From Escherichia phage JSE, in sequence record EU863408: a stretch of DNA of 64,000 nucleotides, one strand, 5' to 3'. The notes beneath the pieces were generated by a model, which ran no database searches, had not been told where the DNA came from, and saw only the letters and a list, made by a program, of their open reading frames with translations. How positions within the stretch are numbered: the first letter of the stretch is position 1; every line of letters begins with the position of its first letter. A program made the position numbers and the translations under genes. Shown here piece after piece: positions 52,067 through 60,478 of this stretch.

Positions 52067-52887
52067 TTAGTCACCTCACCGAAAATTGTAAATTGTCTAC
52101 GATTCTCATCGCCGAAAGATTCTACTACGTCGTTTACCTTGACGCAAGTCCCGCGCGGTAAAATTACTTCACATTCGCAAGGGTTCCATGCAATGGACCC
52201 AACAACAAAACCTTTATGATCTTTTACATCAATCACCCATGATACATTACAAGAATGTTGCATCTTTCCGGTCATTGATTCATATCGATTCTCACAATAA
52301 AGGCTAGTGCTGTTTGATAGCCATCCTCCAAAGATGATCGGTGTCATGCTGGTCGATACAAAGTTTTTAAAGGTAAACTCCTTATCTTCAATGATGCGCT
52401 CTATTGTCTGAATGTCAAGATGTTGACCGCGATAAAGAGTACCGTTTAACTTTTCGGTTTTATCCATGACGCAATCCATCAAATCAACAATCTCTGATAT
52501 CTCATCGGTCATGTCTTCTTCGCCTAAGAGAGCACCATTTACCCATTCGTATTGTTCAGACACATAATCACAGATTGCAGTATATTCTTCTGGGGTTATG
52601 TTGTTATGTTTGTAATGTTTGAATACATTATCTCCAAAGTCTTCGGAGTGTACTTCATACATCACATTAATGATTTTCTTGACAAATCCATAATCTTGTG
52701 TCTCACGCTCAAGGAAGCGGATAACCTTCACATAATCATCAAAGTTAATCTGATCGCTGATCATCTCAGTGATCATGTAACCATTAATCCCCTCAATGTC
52801 ATATGTTTCGATGTAATTATCCATACGTTCCATCATTGATTCGCGTGATTCTTCCGAAAGACGAAAATCCTGTAATTGTTTGAACAT
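52063..52887 (-). CDS. Alt-like ADP-ribosyltransferase paralog
   Basis: 274 aa; R-S-ExE triad LYRGQ, FVSTS, CECEVILPRG; GGGAGG before ATG. Confidence 0.65.
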   Translation of the reverse strand: MFKQLQDFRLSEESRESMMERMDNYIETYDIEGINGYMITEMISDQINFDDYVKVIRFLERETQDYGFVKKIINVMYEVHSEDFGDNVFKHYKHNNITPEEYTAICDYVSEQYEWVNGALLGEEDMTDEISEIVDLMDCVMDKTEKLNGTLYRGQHLDIQTIERIIEDKEFTFKNFVSTSMTPIIFGGWLSNSTSLYCENRYESMTGKMQHSCNVSWVIDVKDHKGFVVGSIAWNPCECEVILPRGTCVKVNDVVESFGDENRRQFTIFGEVTK

Positions 52888-52902
52888 TTTAAACCTCCCA
52901 TA

Positions 52903-52940
52903 TAACAGAAAACGGGGCTAGTATAAAACTAGTCCCCGTT
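52903..52940 (-). terminator. intrinsic terminator after alt
   Basis: minus-strand ACGGGGACTAG-loop-CTAGCCCCGT followed by TTTTCTGTT. Confidence 0.5.
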
Positions 52941-52965
52941 TGAGTCAACCATTATTTCTTAAAAA

Positions 52966-55017
52966 TTACATTTTAAATTTATCTGGCATTGCGTCTACAG
53001 ATACCAGATCAGCGATAAGCTGACGTAGAGTTGCCTTATCTGCTTTCTTACGTTCGGTTTTAGCTTCGCTAATGAAGCTGGAGAAAGACAGGTCAGAAGC
53101 AGGTTTAACAACACCTTCACGGATGAATGCATCACCGTCTGCGATCATCTCGCCAGATTCTTGTAATGCTGCCAGTTCATTTTTGTTCATAATATGTGCC
53201 TCAATGTAATAAGTTTCTTGTGAATCCGTCGATGCCGTAGCACGAGTTACCGTATCAAAGGATAACACAACACCGCGAGGAAGTAAAATCTCGCATTCTT
53301 TGTAAGCAAATGCTTTGTTACCTACTGGCAATACAGGGATGTTTTCCGCGCCAGCAATGGAGAAAGCAACATTAGCGCCACCTTCACCGCGAGAGCCAGC
53401 CATAGAATCAACACCAGCAACGGCACTAGCCACGTTTGCATTCCAGCCGCCAAAAATGTTAGGTGCAAGGGAAGTGCTCACATAGTTTTTAAAGTAAAAC
53501 GCTTTTTGCTTACGTGCAGTTTCCCACATTTGCGACCGGAAGTCCATACCACGATACAGAATAGTACCCGGATCAAGTTTAACGCCATAGTTGGAGAAGG
53601 CATTATCCAGTGCATCGCACATCTTGACCAATTCTTCTGGATCTGAGATTCCTTCAAACTCTTCCAGCTTACGGTCGGTTAGGAAGTTGTTCATATTGAT
53701 GTATGCTGCATCGGCATATTCGCTCAACACAAAACCTTCCGCGCCTGGCAGATCAAGATCAATATTTGCCATCATTTCACCCATGTTGCTAGCAATTGCT
53801 TCAAACATACCGGAAGCAACATTACGTAGGGCATCGGTTTTAATCTGGGTGATATTACTACGCAGCATTTCAGCTTTTACATCTGCTGGCATAGACTGGT
53901 CTACTCGATCCATTGCCAGTGCGGTGATCTTGTTTTCGAATACTTCCTCGCTCATGATTTCTTTTAAGCGTTTGATTGATGCTGCGATAACTTCCGCAGA
54001 CAACGGATCATATTGATCCTGAACTTTTACCAGTTCGCTTACTGCGTATTTTGCATCGGCTTCGCTTTCAAAAATAGTACGCATGAAACCATAGCGAGTG
54101 ATAATATCACTTGTCCAGTCATTCAGAGAACGGGCGGTTGAACGTTCTAAGGCTTGACGATCAATCAGAGTATTAAACTGTTTCTTAGGTTCTGCTTCGG
54201 TGATATCTTCTTCCGGTTTAAGATTAATTTTTTCTGGATGATTCACATAGTCGCTGTTATAGGTCGCTTGAGTTTTCAGCATTTCTTCTTTAGTCAAACG
54301 AGATTTAGCCGCTACGCGTTGTTCCGCTTCCGCGTTTCGTTCTTCTTCTGACACAAGACTAGCCGCATACGCTTCATCTTTAGTCAGAGATTCACCAGTA
54401 GCCTTAGATACCCAGCGATCACCTAAATCACTTTCTACTTTAGTGAACAAGGAATCATCAAGTTTAATCCCTTTAATCTTATCAATCGCCATACCGCGAC
54501 GCTTGACAACAACTAAAGCGATCTTTTTGCTGGTCATTACTTCCTGCTGGAATACTTCAAACTTCGGTGTACGACGCACCAAACGCTCTATAACGCGCTT
54601 AACCAGTTCGGTCTTACCTTTCATGCGGGATACGTTAAAACGGAACATAACAGCGTCTAGTTGCGCTTTACGGGCTGTTTCCATAACCACATCAAAAGCA
54701 CTTGACATAACTGCAATCGGGTTATCGCCTAGACCATTTTTAAGCTGTACAATACGACCGCTTTTGTTCATTTCGCACAGTACAACATGTGCGGTCTTGT
54801 CACCCATACGAATGATTTTAGGTGTTTTGTTGGTGAAGTTACAAAGACGGACAATCACATCTTTATCGCGTGTCTGTACTGCAAAAAGCTGTTTAGGATT
54901 CTGCTTAGGCTTTAAGCACTGTACCGGGGCAATACTACCAAAGTTTTCTTCCTCTTCCGTCAACAGCCATTTCTCGAAAGATTCAATCATTAGATCGTCG
55001 ATTTCTAAGTTAAACAT
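52966..55017 (-). CDS. alt: Alt ADP-ribosyltransferase (packaged protein)
   Basis: 683 aa (T4 Alt 682 aa); ILYRGM, YVSTS, ECEILLPRG. Confidence 0.8.
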   Translation of the reverse strand: MFNLEIDDLMIESFEKWLLTEEEENFGSIAPVQCLKPKQNPKQLFAVQTRDKDVIVRLCNFTNKTPKIIRMGDKTAHVVLCEMNKSGRIVQLKNGLGDNPIAVMSSAFDVVMETARKAQLDAVMFRFNVSRMKGKTELVKRVIERLVRRTPKFEVFQQEVMTSKKIALVVVKRRGMAIDKIKGIKLDDSLFTKVESDLGDRWVSKATGESLTKDEAYAASLVSEEERNAEAEQRVAAKSRLTKEEMLKTQATYNSDYVNHPEKINLKPEEDITEAEPKKQFNTLIDRQALERSTARSLNDWTSDIITRYGFMRTIFESEADAKYAVSELVKVQDQYDPLSAEVIAASIKRLKEIMSEEVFENKITALAMDRVDQSMPADVKAEMLRSNITQIKTDALRNVASGMFEAIASNMGEMMANIDLDLPGAEGFVLSEYADAAYINMNNFLTDRKLEEFEGISDPEELVKMCDALDNAFSNYGVKLDPGTILYRGMDFRSQMWETARKQKAFYFKNYVSTSLAPNIFGGWNANVASAVAGVDSMAGSRGEGGANVAFSIAGAENIPVLPVGNKAFAYKECEILLPRGVVLSFDTVTRATASTDSQETYYIEAHIMNKNELAALQESGEMIADGDAFIREGVVKPASDLSFSSFISEAKTERKKADKATLRQLIADLVSVDAMPDKFKM

Positions 55018-55061
55018 TTTATATCCTCTAGTTGATAACCTATAAACCTATATTTATGAAA

Positions 55062-55085
55062 ACGGGGCTTAACGCCCCTTTTTAT
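55062..55085. terminator. hairpin terminator separating the hyperplastic region from alt
   Basis: GGGGC-ttaac-GCCCC with T-runs on both strands. Confidence 0.5.
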
Positions 55086-55297
55086 TATAATGCACCATCG
55101 AGCAATTGCTCTAAGGTGTATCCTGAATAGTCTTTTTCAATCAGGATATATTTTCCTACTCGTTTAATACAACCGCGCATTTCAACGTATTCTGCGTAGT
55201 TGATGGTACGAGTTGTTCCATCTTCCAGTAATGCAGTACCGATTTCGTTAATGCGGTCATAAGTTACGTCGGTAATGATGATTTCGATGTTAGCCAT
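55085..55297 (-). CDS. hypothetical protein (MANIE N-terminus)
   Basis: 70 aa; AGGAG before ATG. Confidence 0.5.
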   Translation of the reverse strand: MANIEIIITDVTYDRINEIGTALLEDGTTRTINYAEYVEMRGCIKRVGKYILIEKDYSGYTLEQLLDGAL

Positions 55298-55333
55298 TTG
55301 ATACTCCTTAGTAGTTCGTTTCTGTATGGGTGT

Positions 55334-55362
55334 ATTATGATATACACCCTCTGTTATGTCAA
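55334..55362 (-). promoter_or_regulatory. repeated early-promoter cassette, copy A
   Basis: minus-strand TTGACA-N17-CATAAT; dyad GGGTGTAT/ATACACCC over the -10. Confidence 0.5.
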
Positions 55363-55368
55363 CAACTT

Positions 55369-55548
55369 TTAGAACATTTTTGAAATTAATTCTGCTTTGA
55401 TTTCGCAGAGAACATCTAAAGATTTCTCGTCACCCGCTTTTGCTGCTTCTGCTTGCATTTTTGAAATGGCTTCAATCTCAGTGCAATTATAAGCCGCTTG
55501 AACTTTAGCGATTGCGATGATTGCCGATTCGATGGTTAAGTGTTTCAT
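55369..55548 (-). CDS. hypothetical protein (59 aa)
   Basis: conserved 5' leader GGAGAATCAAAC before ATG; below ORF-track cutoff. Confidence 0.45.
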   Translation of the reverse strand: MKHLTIESAIIAIAKVQAAYNCTEIEAISKMQAEAAKAGDEKSLDVLCEIKAELISKMF

Positions 55549-55580
55549 GTTTGATTCTCCTTTCGTTTCGGTATGTGTGT

Positions 55581-55609
55581 ATTATAGGGGATCGATGATC
55601 CCCTGTCAA
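55581..55609 (-). promoter_or_regulatory. repeated early-promoter cassette, copy B
   Basis: minus-strand TTGACA-GGGGATCATCGATCCCC-TATAAT. Confidence 0.55.
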
Positions 55610-55617
55610 CAACTTTT

Positions 55618-56136
55618 TTAGTTATTTTTTAATTGCTCATCTTGCAATAGGGCAATCACATGCTGGCGATGTTCTTCCGATTGAGGCACACCGAAAAAGT
55701 TTGTTTTGTAGAAATACTCTAATCGGTCTTCTCGTGTGCTCTCTTCCATCATGATCGCGGGTAGTCCGAGATTTCGGAAACGTCGCTTTTCTGCTGGCGT
55801 AAAATCACTGTAATACAACATAGAATCATCATTACCAGCAATGCTAAACTCATCCTTCATAAAGGAGAATATTGCGTTTAAACGCTGTTTACCGTCCACG
55901 ATTTCGATCTCATAGCGAGAGCCATCATCAATCTTAGCCATTGCGATAGCACCAACCGGAAAATCATTAATCAGGTTTTCGATAAACATACGTTTGTTTT
56001 CTGTGTCCCATACTAAAGGACGCTGATAATCTGGGTTCATGTTGATATAGCCATCTTCTAACCATGCATCATAAACAGAGATGACAAAGTTTTTAGTATT
56101 GGTATAGTAACGGCGTTTAGGCGTTAAACGGTTCAT
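55618..56136 (-). CDS. DUF262 (ParB-like nuclease/NTPase fold) domain protein
   Basis: 172 aa from internal ATG (MNRLTP); motifs PDYQRPLVWD, FPVGAI, VDGKQRLNAIFSF; ATG 1 nt after the upstream stop. Confidence 0.6.
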   Translation of the reverse strand: MNRLTPKRRYYTNTKNFVISVYDAWLEDGYINMNPDYQRPLVWDTENKRMFIENLINDFPVGAIAMAKIDDGSRYEIEIVDGKQRLNAIFSFMKDEFSIAGNDDSMLYYSDFTPAEKRRFRNLGLPAIMMEESTREDRLEYFYKTNFFGVPQSEEHRQHVIALLQDEQLKNN

Positions 56137-56137
56137 G

Positions 56138-56467
56138 TTATAGTCTCCTGAATGGATCATCACGTAAATCAATATCTTTTAAGAACTCATCCCATGAATG
56201 CCGGATATTGTTCTTAATTCTCCAGATAAGCGCAGGGATTGAACGCTCTCCCATCTGGAAGTAAGGATCATATGATCCGTATGCCCAATATGCTACTACA
56301 ATTCCACAATCAGCGCAATAGTATTCTATTTCACTTGCTGGCGACCAAAGTCCATCAATATGATCGGTGATCTTGCTTTCGATGTTATGGCTATGACAAT
56401 CAGGGCAACGGATGCAATGACCTTGTTTATCGTAATTTGACGTTAGCGAATACTTAAACAATCTCAT
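56138..56467 (-). CDS. hypothetical Zn-ribbon protein
   Basis: 109 aa; CIRCPDCH ... CADCG. Confidence 0.5.
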   Translation of the reverse strand: MRLFKYSLTSNYDKQGHCIRCPDCHSHNIESKITDHIDGLWSPASEIEYYCADCGIVVAYWAYGSYDPYFQMGERSIPALIWRIKNNIRHSWDEFLKDIDLRDDPFRRL

Positions 56468-57183
56468 TATAGATCCTTATTTGCTTCAAATACTGCCTTT
56501 GCGAATCCTCGCGGGGTAAGTGACCTTATAGTCTTTGTTTTCGTTCCTTTCCCGCCTAGCTTAGAATGCTGTTTACTGTACCCTTTATTAATCTGCAACG
56601 GTTTCTTTTCTGGCATTATAAAGCCTTGTCCGGACCATAAGCAAGTCTTTTTCGGGTACATATCACGGGCGGCAATATACTCAGGAAACGTAGGATGCTT
56701 ATCATCTTCCGGCAAATAACCGCCATATTCCCACGGATGGAACATATAATCAGGCTTACGCCACATGCTAGAGATAACGCTTACAGGATTCTCTATCATG
56801 TAGGGAACTCCTAGCCATTCACCCAAATAAGCGGTTATTTTAGCTGCCCTTACATCATGAACTTGAATCAATGGTCCTTGCTCTCGTTTCTTTCGTTCAA
56901 AGTGTGCAGCGCCACTAACAGCTAAATTGGTGCACGGTGGGAATGCAAAGATAATATCCGGTTTCCCCCATTCAAGGTCCATTGCTCTTTCCAGCCAGTT
57001 CAAATCAATCCAGGTGTTTACATAGGTAATGTTTGGATGTTCAAATCTGGTATTATACTTTTTGTATGTACCGTGGTCGGCGTCATCCGCATTAAAGCAG
57101 ACTACCTTATGACCTGCTTTAGCCCATTCTAGCCCCATTATCCCCGATCCGTCAAAGTTGCAGAATATTAATTTTTGTTTCAC
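56467..57183 (-). CDS. compact C5-cytosine methyltransferase-like protein
   Basis: 238 aa, GTG start; motif I-like FDGSGIMGL, motif IV DIIFAFPPCTNLAVSG, motif VI-like MIENPVSV; no obvious TRD. Confidence 0.45.
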   Translation of the reverse strand: MKQKLIFCNFDGSGIMGLEWAKAGHKVVCFNADDADHGTYKKYNTRFEHPNITYVNTWIDLNWLERAMDLEWGKPDIIFAFPPCTNLAVSGAAHFERKKREQGPLIQVHDVRAAKITAYLGEWLGVPYMIENPVSVISSMWRKPDYMFHPWEYGGYLPEDDKHPTFPEYIAARDMYPKKTCLWSGQGFIMPEKKPLQINKGYSKQHSKLGGKGTKTKTIRSLTPRGFAKAVFEANKDL

Positions 57184-57431
57184 GCTGCCCCCATTGGTTT
57201 GATAGTAACAGAATCTAAAAGACCTTTGTTAGCCAGTTCGCGGCAAGTTTTCAGATCCGCAACTTCCCAGCCAGCCGCAATCAGGTTATCAATGAGGCTG
57301 TTAGCAACTTCTTCGCTCATGAAAGAGCACTGTTTGCCGATGGTGTAGCGTACACGCTGTAATTTCAGTTTACGGAAGCCTTTAACGTTCAGGTCTTTAG
57401 CGATTTTCTTTGCGGTTTCGATGTTAGCCAT
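57180..57431 (-). CDS. hypothetical protein (MANIE N-terminus)
   Basis: 83 aa; stop overlaps the start of the methyltransferase-like gene. Confidence 0.5.
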   Translation of the reverse strand: MANIETAKKIAKDLNVKGFRKLKLQRVRYTIGKQCSFMSEEVANSLIDNLIAAGWEVADLKTCRELANKGLLDSVTIKPMGAA

Positions 57432-57471
57432 TGTTTGATTCTCCTAAGTGGTATCTCGTCTTGATGGTTGT

Positions 57472-57500
57472 ATTGTAGGGGAGTTATCCTCCCCTGTCAA
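57472..57500 (-). promoter_or_regulatory. repeated early-promoter cassette, copy C
   Basis: minus-strand TTGACA-GGGGAGGATAACTCCCC-TACAAT. Confidence 0.5.
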
Positions 57501-57514
57501 CACTTTTTATAAAA

Positions 57515-57682
57515 TTATTTGTTAATTTCTGGTGCGTTGCTAGGATAGTAACCTTCTTTAACTCCGAGATATTTCGCAACCATCCCTACAATCTTCTGTG
57601 CTACTACAATGTCAAATTTCAGATAATCTTCGCCGTGGGTTTCAATGATATATGCTTCACATGCTGCTTTAGTCTCGAACAT
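57515..57682 (-). CDS. hypothetical protein (55 aa), paralog of 60994-61161
   Basis: MFETKAACEAYIIETHGEDYLKFDIVVAQK...; near-identical second copy. Confidence 0.5.
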   Translation of the reverse strand: MFETKAACEAYIIETHGEDYLKFDIVVAQKIVGMVAKYLGVKEGYYPSNAPEINK

Positions 57683-57715
57683 TTTGATTCTCCTATTTCG
57701 TTTCGGTATGTGTGT

Positions 57716-57744
57716 ATTATAGGGGATCGGTGATCCCCTGTCAA
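57716..57744 (-). promoter_or_regulatory. repeated early-promoter cassette, copy D
   Basis: minus-strand TTGACA-GGGGATCACCGATCCCC-TATAAT. Confidence 0.55.
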
Positions 57745-57750
57745 CAACTT

Positions 57751-58062
57751 TTAGCGACGGCGACGATGTTTTTTGCGAGTTGCCTTTTTGTATGCTTTAT
57801 ATGCCTTTTTACCGTTTTTATATGCTTTTTTGGTATATGATTGATTTTTCTTATTGTTTTTGTATGTTTCCCGGTCAGTATTAATTTCGTTACATTCCAC
57901 GAAACGGTGTCGATGTTCTTGTGGTATGATCAAACATTTATCATAATTAACCATTTCGTTTTTCGTTGTTTGTGGTTTCTTTGGTGTGTTGTTTGCACTA
58001 ACAGACCCAGCAAAGAGAATGAGTATAGCGGTCATTAACGCAAACATTGTTTTCTTAATCAT
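57751..58062 (-). CDS. secreted small protein with lysine/arginine-rich tail
   Basis: 103 aa; N-terminal signal peptide; C-terminal KKAYKNGKKAYKAYKKATRKKHRRRR. Confidence 0.5.
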   Translation of the reverse strand: MIKKTMFALMTAILILFAGSVSANNTPKKPQTTKNEMVNYDKCLIIPQEHRHRFVECNEINTDRETYKNNKKNQSYTKKAYKNGKKAYKAYKKATRKKHRRRR

Positions 58063-58120
58063 AATATTCTCCTTTAGTTTCTGCGGGAGTGTGAATATAA
58101 CACTCCCTTAATATTTTGTA

Positions 58121-58402
58121 TTATTCGTGATTAGTTTCGATGTTGTGCATTTTGCACCAGTTCAGCCAATCGCCCAGATCTTGATAGTTAATGCTTTTAT
58201 CTGCTGCCATCGTTTTTGTCTTGATACCCATATGTGCGTTATGAGTAAGCATTTTTACAGTGAACTCGATTTTATCGCCTTTAGCTTTAACATCAACCAG
58301 TTTGGTCCACTGGCTACCAGCACCGCGAATGTTCATACCAACGATGTTTCCGATGTATGCTTCTTTGTTTTTCAGGATTTCGGTTGCTTTGATGAATTTC
58401 AT
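58121..58402 (-). CDS. hypothetical protein
   Basis: 93 aa; conserved leader before ATG. Confidence 0.5.
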   Translation of the reverse strand: MKFIKATEILKNKEAYIGNIVGMNIRGAGSQWTKLVDVKAKGDKIEFTVKMLTHNAHMGIKTKTMAADKSINYQDLGDWLNWCKMHNIETNHE

Positions 58403-58435
58403 TTTTGATTCTCCAGTTCGTTTCGGTATGGGTGT

Positions 58436-58464
58436 ATTATGCTATGTTCTTACTTTGGTGTCAA
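58436..58464 (-). promoter_or_regulatory. repeated early-promoter cassette, copy E
   Basis: minus-strand TTGACA-N17-CATAAT. Confidence 0.5.
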
Positions 58465-58473
58465 CAACTTTTT

Positions 58474-58743
58474 TTAGATATTTTCAGAAATAAATTTTAA
58501 AACTTGACGTAAATGTTTCTCATCTTTGATGGTAGCCGGAAGTTCTTCTTTTACTTCCTGTGCAAGATAGATATTTCCGTTCCAAGTGAAAGATCCGTCT
58601 TCGTTTACTCGATAGCTGAACATCCACTCGCAATCATTTTCGATTTCATATACACACAGAAGGGTGTAATCGTTAAAGCTATTGATTTCAAGGTCGAAGC
58701 CGTGACGTTTTGCAAAGTTGGTAGTGGTTTTAGTCAGTACCAT
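58474..58743 (-). CDS. hypothetical protein
   Basis: 89 aa; conserved leader. Confidence 0.5.
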   Translation of the reverse strand: MVLTKTTTNFAKRHGFDLEINSFNDYTLLCVYEIENDCEWMFSYRVNEDGSFTWNGNIYLAQEVKEELPATIKDEKHLRQVLKFISENI

Positions 58744-58783
58744 TGTTTGATTCTCCTAAGTGGTATCTCGTCTTGATGGGTGT

Positions 58784-58812
58784 ATTATGCTATACACAGG
58801 ATCTGGTGTCAA
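58784..58812 (-). promoter_or_regulatory. repeated early-promoter cassette, copy F
   Basis: minus-strand TTGACA-N17-CATAAT. Confidence 0.5.
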
Positions 58813-58840
58813 TGCCTTTTTTAAAATTTTATGCAATAAA

Positions 58841-58866
58841 AAAGCCGACGCTAAGGTCGGCTAATA
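58841..58866 (-). terminator. intrinsic terminator (minus strand)
   Basis: minus-strand AGCCGACC-ttagc-GTCGGCT followed by TTTTTTATT. Confidence 0.55.
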
Positions 58867-58869
58867 AAA

Positions 58870-59177
58870 TCATTTAGACAAATAATCATTCAGTGCAATC
58901 CGGTCGGCGTATGCTGGTGTTACGTCAATCGCAATCACTTTAACGCGTGCTTTCTTGCGACCTGGGTTTTCTCGTAACCAGTGCTCATGACCGTGAACAT
59001 TTTATACTGCGATGCTTCTTCGAAAGTACGGATCGGACAAGGGTAATCAGCGTAAAGGATCTCTAGGTCTTCGGTGATGTAAAAATATACATCATAATTA
59101 CTGTTCTCTAGTTTAAGCAGAGACTTTCGGAACATTGGGAGATTTTCGCGGGTAAATTCAAAGATATTATCTTTCAT
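58870..59177 (-). CDS. HxHW-family small protein, frameshifted at a 4-nt homopolymer (59000-59003)
   Basis: N-part in ORF 58935-59177; C-part (NVHGHEHW...VKVIAIDVTPAYAD...) in another frame; adding one A joins them. Confidence 0.4.
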
Positions 59178-59201
59178 AGTATTATCCTCAATAGTTGGAT
59201 G

Positions 59202-59223
59202 AAAAGGGGGGCTTAATGCCCCG
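59202..59223 (-). terminator. intrinsic terminator (minus strand)
   Basis: minus-strand GGGGC-atta-GCCCC followed by CTTTT. Confidence 0.45.
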
Positions 59224-59227
59224 TATA

Positions 59228-59515
59228 TTAAAACAGTCCTTCCTGTACACCGTAGTAGAGTTCATCGCTGATAATTTCATTAATGCGACGGTGTGCATAT
59301 TCCTGATTTGCGAAGTTGTCAGCAAGTTCTACTTTAGTTTCGCCATCATGAGTCCATTTAGTGATAACTTTACCATCGGCAAATTTGAAGTTGAACTCTT
59401 TAGCTACCGCATCGCGTACCAGACGTGCAAACTTATTGTTGCGGATTGCATTGTCGGTTTCGTGTGCAGCGTGAGCGAATTTGTTAACTTTCAGAGTGAT
59501 AGTAATGTATGCCAT
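59228..59515 (-). CDS. hypothetical protein (KEFN family)
   Basis: 95 aa; shares VR.A.AKEFN.K with 62649-62960. Confidence 0.5.
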   Translation of the reverse strand: MAYITITLKVNKFAHAAHETDNAIRNNKFARLVRDAVAKEFNFKFADGKVITKWTHDGETKVELADNFANQEYAHRRINEIISDELYYGVQEGLF

Positions 59516-59562
59516 AATTTGATTCTCCTAGTTAGAAAGTGTATCTCGTTTCGACGGGTGTA

Positions 59563-59591
59563 TTATGCTATACACCCGATCCATTGTCAAC
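59563..59591 (-). promoter_or_regulatory. repeated early-promoter cassette, copy G
   Basis: minus-strand TTGACA-N17-CATAAT; dyad GGGTGTA/TACACCC over the -10. Confidence 0.5.
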
Positions 59592-59922
59592 GCCTTTTTA
59601 TAAAATAATTTTCGATATCTTTATGATGTTTTTCTCGTGCTTGGTCTGCCTCGGCTGGCGATACGTTGGAAGCGATAATCTTCACTACTGTTGCACCTTT
59701 TTCGGTGTCCGACACCCAATGATTATGGAAACCGCTATTATTAAACACTTGATAAGAAAATGATTTAATGTTAGGGAAATTATAAGTGTAATAACGTACC
59801 CTTAATTCTGAATCTACGTATAGATAGATCACCGCACCTAGATAGACCGTCTCACTCGTTCCGTCAACTAACAGTAGAGTATTTCGCAATTCTTCTAAAT
59901 TGTCTTTTGTAAGAAAAATCAT
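59587..59922 (-). CDS. HxHW-family small protein
   Basis: 111 aa; FHNHW...VKIIASNVSPAEAD. Confidence 0.5.
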   Translation of the reverse strand: MIFLTKDNLEELRNTLLLVDGTSETVYLGAVIYLYVDSELRVRYYTYNFPNIKSFSYQVFNNSGFHNHWVSDTEKGATVVKIIASNVSPAEADQAREKHHKDIENYFIKRR

Positions 59923-59936
59923 AGTATAATCCTCAA

Positions 59937-60260
59937 TTAAACCAAATTAACTTTGGTGTTGTGGTGGTTTTCTCGTGCGTCGTCCGCTTCTTCCGGTGTC
60001 ACGTTACGAGCGACGACAATAACACTTGCTGCCTCTCCGTGATGATAGATCTCTACCCAATGGTTATGATTTGCGAATCCGTGTTTTATTGCGTAAGCGA
60101 ACGGCTTAGACGTCCAGTAGTAACTATAATATCGTACATTTAGATCGCTATCAATGTACAAATATGTGCTGTCGTTTACATTGCCACTAACAACAAAAAC
60201 AAGACAATTGCGAAGATCTGACAATATTTTGTCTGTCAATTTTATAATGTGACTGTTCAT
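59937..60260 (-). CDS. HxHW-family small protein
   Basis: 107 aa from ATG at 60260 (track ORF begins at a GTG, 60272); NHNHW...VIVVARNVTPEEAD. Confidence 0.45.
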   Translation of the reverse strand: MNSHIIKLTDKILSDLRNCLVFVVSGNVNDSTYLYIDSDLNVRYYSYYWTSKPFAYAIKHGFANHNHWVEIYHHGEAASVIVVARNVTPEEADDARENHHNTKVNLV

Positions 60261-60262
60261 AA

Positions 60263-60478
60263 TTAACACCACTCAAGAGTTTTTGAAAACACATCTATCC
60301 ATTGTTGAGTATATGCGGTTTCTTTCCATGACACAATACCAGTCGAATAATGGTTTTTGTTTCCAGAAAAGGACGGGCATTTTGATGCATCTTCCATCAT
60401 CTTTTCGGCGAACTCTGGTTCGTATACCCGCAGAATCTGTTGATATGCTTTGTATTCTTTAAATTTGCTCATAATCAT
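60263..60478 (-). CDS. hypothetical protein
   Basis: 71 aa; overlaps both neighbours in other frames. Confidence 0.35.
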   Translation of the reverse strand: MIMSKFKEYKAYQQILRVYEPEFAEKMMEDASKCPSFSGNKNHYSTGIVSWKETAYTQQWIDVFSKTLEWC

